From the NCBI GenBank assembly GCA_964478715.1, contig CAYZIY010000011.1:1980-65979 (forward strand): a stretch of 64,000 nucleotides of DNA, given 5' to 3'. Positions within the stretch are counted from its first letter, which is position 1, and each line of letters begins with the position of its first letter. Below, one piece after another: positions 59,206 to 64,000 of the stretch. The notes under the pieces were generated by a model, which saw only the letters and a list, made by a program, of their open reading frames with translations, had not been told where the DNA came from and ran no database searches. The translations under genes were made by a program, and so were the position numbers. The stretch is from an uncultured Planctomycetales bacterium (GTDB lineage: Bacteria > Omnitrophota > Gorgyraeia > Zapsychrales > JBDRMG01).

Positions 59206-59373
59206 GCACAAGCGCACAAGACACAAGGCCACAAGATAATACAGAACCTTATAGATATGTGACTTTGTGACACTGTGAATTTGACCTGTGACTTTGTGAC
59301 ACTGTGAATTTGTGAATTTGACCTGTGACTTTGTGACCAACCTTTATCTTTTTTTGTTATTGCGACTTGTGAC
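59206..59373. repeat. intergenic 7/8-mer tandem arrays in inverted orientation
   Basis: GCACAAG/ACACAAG units on the left; GACTTTGT/GACACTGT/GAATTTGT units on the right, forming a repeated ~29-nt higher-order unit. Confidence 0.8.
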
Positions 59374-59375
59374 GT

Positions 59376-60161
59376 TTATAGATATCGATAAATATATTCC
59401 GGCAGATGATATTCGATATTGGTTAACACATGACCGAGCAGATGGGCCTGGGTCTGATGCAGGAGCTCTTTAGCGCGATGGACAATCCCGCGCTGGGTGC
59501 GGCCGGCCTGGATAACCAGAATGGCGCCGTCGCATTCAGCGGCCAGGATGCCCGGATCGGTGACGGCAATCAACGGCGGGGTGTCCAGGAGAATCAGGTC
59601 GAATTTTGCTGTAAGCTTCTCAAGCAATTGTTTCATTCTCCGGGATCCCAGAAGCTCGGCCGGATGAGCCGGGGTTCCTCCGGACGGAATGAATGTTAAA
59701 TTTTCCAGGTCGATTGAAAACATGACATCCTCGACGCTGGTCTTCTCCTGCAGGACTTCCGAAAGGCCTTCTTTGGGATCAACGCCCAAATATTGAGCCA
59801 TGCGGCCGCGGCGCAGGTCGGCATCGATCAAAAGTATTCTGGGCCTATGCATGGCATGGGCCAGAGAGATGGCCAGATTGAGCGATGTGATGGTTTTACC
59901 TTCGGCTCGGATCGAGCTGGTAATGACTATTGTTTTAGGCGGTTTAGATTTATTAAGTGAAAGAAGGTTGGTGCGCAGGATTTTGTACTGCTCGGTGATC
60001 GGGCTTTTGGGATCGAAATAGGTCACGATACGCGAATCGATGCGCGAGTCTCCCATTTTGCGCACGATGACGTGCTCGGCTTCTTTGACTTTGGCGAGGC
60101 GTTCGAGCCGGCTGACTCTTTCTTCCGAGGCCTTTTTGAGTGCATTAGTGATTTTTCCCAT
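59376..60161 (-). CDS. CpsD/CapB family polysaccharide tyrosine autokinase (split Wzc kinase)
   Basis: EQYKILRTNL, AEGKT, LIDADLRR, DTPP, C-terminal Tyr cluster YHLPEYIYRY. Confidence 0.93.
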   Translation of the reverse strand: MGKITNALKKASEERVSRLERLAKVKEAEHVIVRKMGDSRIDSRIVTYFDPKSPITEQYKILRTNLLSLNKSKPPKTIVITSSIRAEGKTITSLNLAISLAHAMHRPRILLIDADLRRGRMAQYLGVDPKEGLSEVLQEKTSVEDVMFSIDLENLTFIPSGGTPAHPAELLGSRRMKQLLEKLTAKFDLILLDTPPLIAVTDPGILAAECDGAILVIQAGRTQRGIVHRAKELLHQTQAHLLGHVLTNIEYHLPEYIYRYL

Positions 60162-60178
60162 GGATGATTTCCTTTCAA

Positions 60179-61162
60179 TTATTCGCTGAATATTTGATGT
60201 TGATTGACGGAGATAATATGGTCTGACATTGGCGGATCACTTTCTGCATCGCAAGAATGATCTGATTCCGGGGGTTTATGATCGGCTGTATTTTTTTCTG
60301 TTTTATGGTGCATATTCTTATGCATGTGGGCCTGTCTTTGAAAATCTGGAGCCAGCTGGAGCATGGGCGACTCAGCGATGACTTCCAGCATGATTTTTTC
60401 ATCGATGAGTCGCCGGTCATGGGTAAAAGCTGTCAATAAGGCGCTGTCGCAGATTTGGTTAATCAGACGAGGAACACCTTGAGAAAATTTGTAGATGAGA
60501 TTGAATGCTTCAGGAGTAAAATATCTTTCCTGCAGACCACCGGCGACATGAAGGCGGTGGAGAATATATTTGCGGGTTTCTTCTTCGTTGATAGGGCTCA
60601 GGTGATAATAAACCGCGATTCGTTGACGGAATTGATCAAGCTTGTGAAGTCCCAGTTTTTTCTTAAGTTCCGGCTGGCCCATCAAAATGATTTGAATCAG
60701 TTTTTCCGTTTCGGTTTCCAGGTTGGATAACATGCGGATTTCTTCAATCACCGACGGCTTGAGGTTTTGCGCTTCATCAATGATCAAGACAACATTATGA
60801 TCATTTTGAAGCTGTTTAATCAAATACGCATTAAGCTGGGAAAGCAGACGGGCTTTGGAGCCGTTTTGAAAGTCAACTTCCAGATCCTCGAGGATGGCAT
60901 AAATCAGGTCTTTGCTGTTGATCGAGGTGTTGGTGATCAGCGCTGTTTGAGTGTCGGCGCTGAGTCTGTTAAGCAGGGTTCGGCAGACAGTCGTTTTTCC
61001 GGAGCCGATTTCACCGGTGATCACTACAAAGCCTTTTCGCTCTTCAATCGCATAAATCATGGTACTTAAGGCTTCCGTATGCTTGGGGCTGGCAAAGAAA
61101 TATTTCGAATTAGGCGTAATGTTAAAAGGCGGTTCTTTAAAACCGAAAAATTGGGTATACAT
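60179..61162 (-). CDS. ExeA-like AAA ATPase (PEP-CTERM/exosortase system-associated)
   Basis: MYTQFFGFKEPPFNITP, TGEIGSGKTT, IIDEAQNL, GQPEL, GVPRLINQICD. Confidence 0.9.
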   Translation of the reverse strand: MYTQFFGFKEPPFNITPNSKYFFASPKHTEALSTMIYAIEERKGFVVITGEIGSGKTTVCRTLLNRLSADTQTALITNTSINSKDLIYAILEDLEVDFQNGSKARLLSQLNAYLIKQLQNDHNVVLIIDEAQNLKPSVIEEIRMLSNLETETEKLIQIILMGQPELKKKLGLHKLDQFRQRIAVYYHLSPINEEETRKYILHRLHVAGGLQERYFTPEAFNLIYKFSQGVPRLINQICDSALLTAFTHDRRLIDEKIMLEVIAESPMLQLAPDFQRQAHMHKNMHHKTEKNTADHKPPESDHSCDAESDPPMSDHIISVNQHQIFSE

Positions 61163-61192
61163 GATGCTCCTTCCTTATTCTCCGCTATTTTT

Positions 61193-62503
61193 CTAATGGA
61201 TCACATTGGCGATAAAGACCGAAATGATAACGGCCATGATTCCGGCAATGATCAGGATGCCGGCGATCCAGCGTTCTCGGGTTCTATGATCCTGATATTC
61301 GTCCATGCTGATGATGCTGGAGATGGCGCCCAGAAGCGGCTGGCCCAGATATTCTTTGGCATCCTGGACATCGAGAAAAGATTTATCCAAGAATTCGCGC
61401 ATAAAAACAAGCCCGACACCAAGCGCTAAACCGGCGATCAGTCCCATCGCGGCGGTAAGCGGTTTGTTGGGGCTGATGGGGCTGATCGGCAGAAGCGGCG
61501 GATCCAAGATCGTATAACGCGTGCCTTCTTTTGACGACTGCAGGCGCTGGGTGATTTTGGCTGTCTCGAGCCTCTGTAAAAGCATATTGTAAATCTGCTC
61601 ATTGACCTTAACATCGCGGCCCATCACGTCGTCTACTTTATCCATGATCAAAATTTTCATCATACCGTCTTCGAGGTTCCCTTCCCTTTTATCCTTGTCA
61701 GAAGAAAACTGGCCGGTTTTGATCGTGCCGCTTTGCAGATCGTCAAGCGTTTTTCTGATTTCATTAACCAGGGGGCTTGTGCTTTCTTTGCTTAAACGGG
61801 CGTCTTCGATATATTCCAGATCTTCTTTCTTGAGTTCTTCCTTCTTGGATTCGATCTGGGTGCGCAGTTTTTTGACCATCGGGTGCTCTTCGGTGGAATC
61901 GATCAAAAGCGTGTCGAGTTTTTCCTGCAGTTCGGCGATTTCGGCCGACTTGATTTTACTGCGATAGACCTGGAGCTGCTCTTCGATAAAGTTGATGGCA
62001 TCGGATGTTTCTTGGTTCTGGATTTCGACATTACGTTCGATAAAAATTTCAGTGATGGTCTTGACGATACTCTGGGTGGTTTGGGGATCTTTGCCGATGT
62101 AGGCCAGATCGATGATATTTTTTCCGGTGAGCCTGATAATTGTGTTATTGCGGATCTTTAGGATCAGTTGCTCGAATTCCTGGCGGTTTTTGATGTCTTG
62201 ATCCAGATTGAGGCGCTTAACGAGCTTGACCAGGCTGTTCCAGCCGAGCATGGATTCTTTGATCGTGGCGATGCGTTCTCCGACGGTGGTTGAGACAGCA
62301 ATCTCTTGAAACAGCGGATTATCGGTCTTGCCTTCCAGGACAAGGATTTTCGTGTTGGCTTTGTATCTTTTGGGCAGAAGCAATCCGCTGCAAATCCCGA
62401 TAATCAGTCCCGCAAAGACGGGGATGATGATGAACCATTTCCGCCGGAAGGCGATCCGCAGGTATTCCATGGGGGAAATGGATTTTTCTTGATGTTCGTC
62501 CAT
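61193..62503 (-). CDS. polysaccharide chain length determinant (Wzz/GumC-like co-polymerase)
   Basis: RRKW + TM, coiled coil containing EEHPMV, ILDPP..P.SPNK + TM, LGQPLLGAI. Confidence 0.88.
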   Translation of the reverse strand: MDEHQEKSISPMEYLRIAFRRKWFIIIPVFAGLIIGICSGLLLPKRYKANTKILVLEGKTDNPLFQEIAVSTTVGERIATIKESMLGWNSLVKLVKRLNLDQDIKNRQEFEQLILKIRNNTIIRLTGKNIIDLAYIGKDPQTTQSIVKTITEIFIERNVEIQNQETSDAINFIEEQLQVYRSKIKSAEIAELQEKLDTLLIDSTEEHPMVKKLRTQIESKKEELKKEDLEYIEDARLSKESTSPLVNEIRKTLDDLQSGTIKTGQFSSDKDKREGNLEDGMMKILIMDKVDDVMGRDVKVNEQIYNMLLQRLETAKITQRLQSSKEGTRYTILDPPLLPISPISPNKPLTAAMGLIAGLALGVGLVFMREFLDKSFLDVQDAKEYLGQPLLGAISSIISMDEYQDHRTRERWIAGILIIAGIMAVIISVFIANVIH

Positions 62504-62571
62504 TAAAAGGTCCTTTCTTTTCTTATGATATGAATCGTTTGTCTAAATTTTTCTTTGGATAAGCAGCATAA

Positions 62572-63375
62572 TTAAAATCCTGTGACAGCCATGCGGCCGG
62601 CGCCGGCCGCGGTGCTGACCGGTTGGGCCACGGGGGCGATCACGCGCATGGCCTTGGTCATGACGGTGGCCGGGATATAAAGCGTGTCCCCCGGTTTCAT
62701 CACCAGATTTTCTCTCAGATCTCCTTCATAGAGAAGATTAAACACATTGACATAGGTGATATCGGTTTCGCCGGAATCATTAGGGGTAATCAGGCGGCAT
62801 TTCTTGGTTGAGGCGCCGAGAGTGGGCAGTCCCGACTGGACCAGGGCCTCCCGGACAGTAATGGTGTCTCCCCGCATAAATATTTTACCCGGTTGGTACA
62901 CTTCGCCAATCACGTAGACCACTTTGCTGTTGTAACCGGTGATCTTGACGGTTACCTCTGGCGCGATGATAAATTTTTTAAGAAGAGAGGCGAGTCTATT
63001 TTGCAGCTCATCTTTAGTGAGGCCCACGGCTTGGACGTCTCCTACAAATTCGTACTGAATCTTTCCTTCATTATTAATTACGTACTCACCGCTGACCTCA
63101 GGATGTCGCAGGACGCTGATTTCAATCACATCATCCACTCCCAGAGTGTAATTGCTGGCATCACCCAAAGGCAGCTCGTCTTTAAAATCGATGGGAGCTT
63201 TCATGGTAAATTCTTCAGCGAGACCGCCGGTTTCTTTCTGTTGCAGACCAGGAACAGCCTCAGGTAAATCGGTCGTAGCCACCCCCACGGTTCCTTGCGC
63301 AGCTACCGGGCAAACGCCCAGCACAAAAGAAATGACGGACGCCCAAATGATTATTGCTATTTTGTTATTTTTCAT
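62572..63375 (-). CDS. wza: polysaccharide export protein
   Basis: YTLGVDDVIEISV..PE.S....I...GKI, VYVIGEV..PG, LVMKPGDTLYIP; likely start MKNNK at 63375. Confidence 0.88.
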   Translation of the reverse strand: MKNNKIAIIIWASVISFVLGVCPVAAQGTVGVATTDLPEAVPGLQQKETGGLAEEFTMKAPIDFKDELPLGDASNYTLGVDDVIEISVLRHPEVSGEYVINNEGKIQYEFVGDVQAVGLTKDELQNRLASLLKKFIIAPEVTVKITGYNSKVVYVIGEVYQPGKIFMRGDTITVREALVQSGLPTLGASTKKCRLITPNDSGETDITYVNVFNLLYEGDLRENLVMKPGDTLYIPATVMTKAMRVIAPVAQPVSTAAGAGRMAVTGF

Positions 63376-63512
63376 TTTTTTTCCTCTTTCTGATTTCTGA
63401 TTTTTTCCCATTATCTCAAATTTGTGTAAGCCCACTTAAGCCCTGCCTTTCATGAAATATTTCTTAAACCAGGACGGTTCTTTTCAAAACGGGTTGGATT
63501 TAAGGACATCGT

Positions 63513-63698
63513 TTAGGCCTCAAAGACTGCTTCGTGAAATTGTTTAATGTGGGCTACGTCTGTGTCGTCGTAGACTCGCCATCCGCGCCAATCTCTTTTA
63601 GGTTTCCTTACTTTTCCTACTTTTTCCCAGCGGGCAATTGTTTTCGGACTTACGCCCACCAAACCCGCAACATCGGTAATTGTCAGCCTTTTGTTCAC
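63513..63698 (-). CDS. small MerR-family HTH protein
   Basis: TITDVAGLVGVSPKTIARWE..G..KPKRDWRGWRVY; GGAGG RBS before the GTG start. Confidence 0.85.
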   Translation of the reverse strand: MNKRLTITDVAGLVGVSPKTIARWEKVGKVRKPKRDWRGWRVYDDTDVAHIKQFHEAVFEA

Positions 63699-63781
63699 CT
63701 TCGACTCCTCCTTTACAACAAATTCTTTTAAGCTTTTTCTTACTCCTTATTTTTTAATTTAAATTCTCTACCCTTTTAAGA

Positions 63782-63797
63782 AGCAATTATTATGCCA
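63782..63797 (-). promoter_or_regulatory. sigma54 -24/-12 promoter for the EPS operon
   Basis: TGGCATAATAATTGCT. Confidence 0.85.
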
Positions 63798-63847
63798 GTA
63801 ACAGTATTCTTTAGCAAGAGTTTATTTTTGGCTTCTAATTTAATATA

Positions 63848-63860
63848 AATCAACATGTTA
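63848..63860 (+). promoter_or_regulatory. putative IHF binding site
   Basis: AATCAACATGTTA, an exact WATCAA-N4-TTR match about 50 bp upstream of the sigma54 site. Confidence 0.6.
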
Positions 63861-63940
63861 CCGCACAATTATTATAAGTGGCCTTTAGTCCCATTCAGGA
63901 TAAATTTGACCAAGCGTCTAAATGTCTCAACATTACTGTC

Positions 63941-63958
63941 TATGACATACCAGGACAA
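63941..63958. promoter_or_regulatory. putative upstream activator (enhancer) site
   Basis: TATGACATACCAGGACAA, matching 28689-28706 at 17/18. Confidence 0.6.
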
Positions 63959-64000
63959 AGTGTTTAAAGACTTCCCCTGGTTGACGTTAAGGATTATGTT

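Noticed and set aside
59258-59338. ~29-nt repeated unit considered as a CRISPR array
   Set aside because: The units are contiguous with no unique spacers, are built from 8-mers, and no cas genes are present
373-63731. Numerous plus-strand and nested short ORFs in the ORF track
   Set aside because: They are antisense or alternative-frame shadows of well-supported minus-strand genes and carry no recognisable motifs

Overview
Bacterial chromosomal window in which essentially every real gene lies on the minus strand. The diderm envelope and gene content resemble Candidatus Omnitrophota/PVC, but that taxonomy is inference only. Bases 1-14 kb hold RNA/translation and accessory genes: helD-like helicase, two radical SAM enzymes, ADP-ribosylglycohydrolase, MFS transporter, SGNH hydrolase, prfC and pnp, plus two unannotated internally deleted pseudogenes (pncA and a DksA/TraR Zn finger). 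Bases 14.4-17.8 kb hold a cobalamin riboswitch-controlled TonB receptor and a DUF6580-like membrane protein. Bases 17.9-64 kb are a large PEP-CTERM/exosortase exopolysaccharide locus. It includes a soluble GAF kinase, a sigma54 activator, a PocR-GAF protein, six tandem PEP-CTERM proteins, EpsI, exosortase, many glycosyltransferases, Wzx/Wzy/Wzz/tyrosine kinase/Wza, two glycoside hydrolases and inserted defence-like cassettes (AbiE pair, DUF1016-thermonuclease, two DUF4143 ATPases). The most notable observation is that the priming phosphoglycosyl transferase carries a signal peptide, a ~32-aa exported peptide and an internal PEP-CTERM motif ahead of its catalytic domain, so the EPS-initiating enzyme looks like an exosortase substrate. 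Also notable are a domain-less lipoprotein/PEP-CTERM double-anchored tether and a shared sigma54 + IHF + 18-bp enhancer architecture at both operon promoters.
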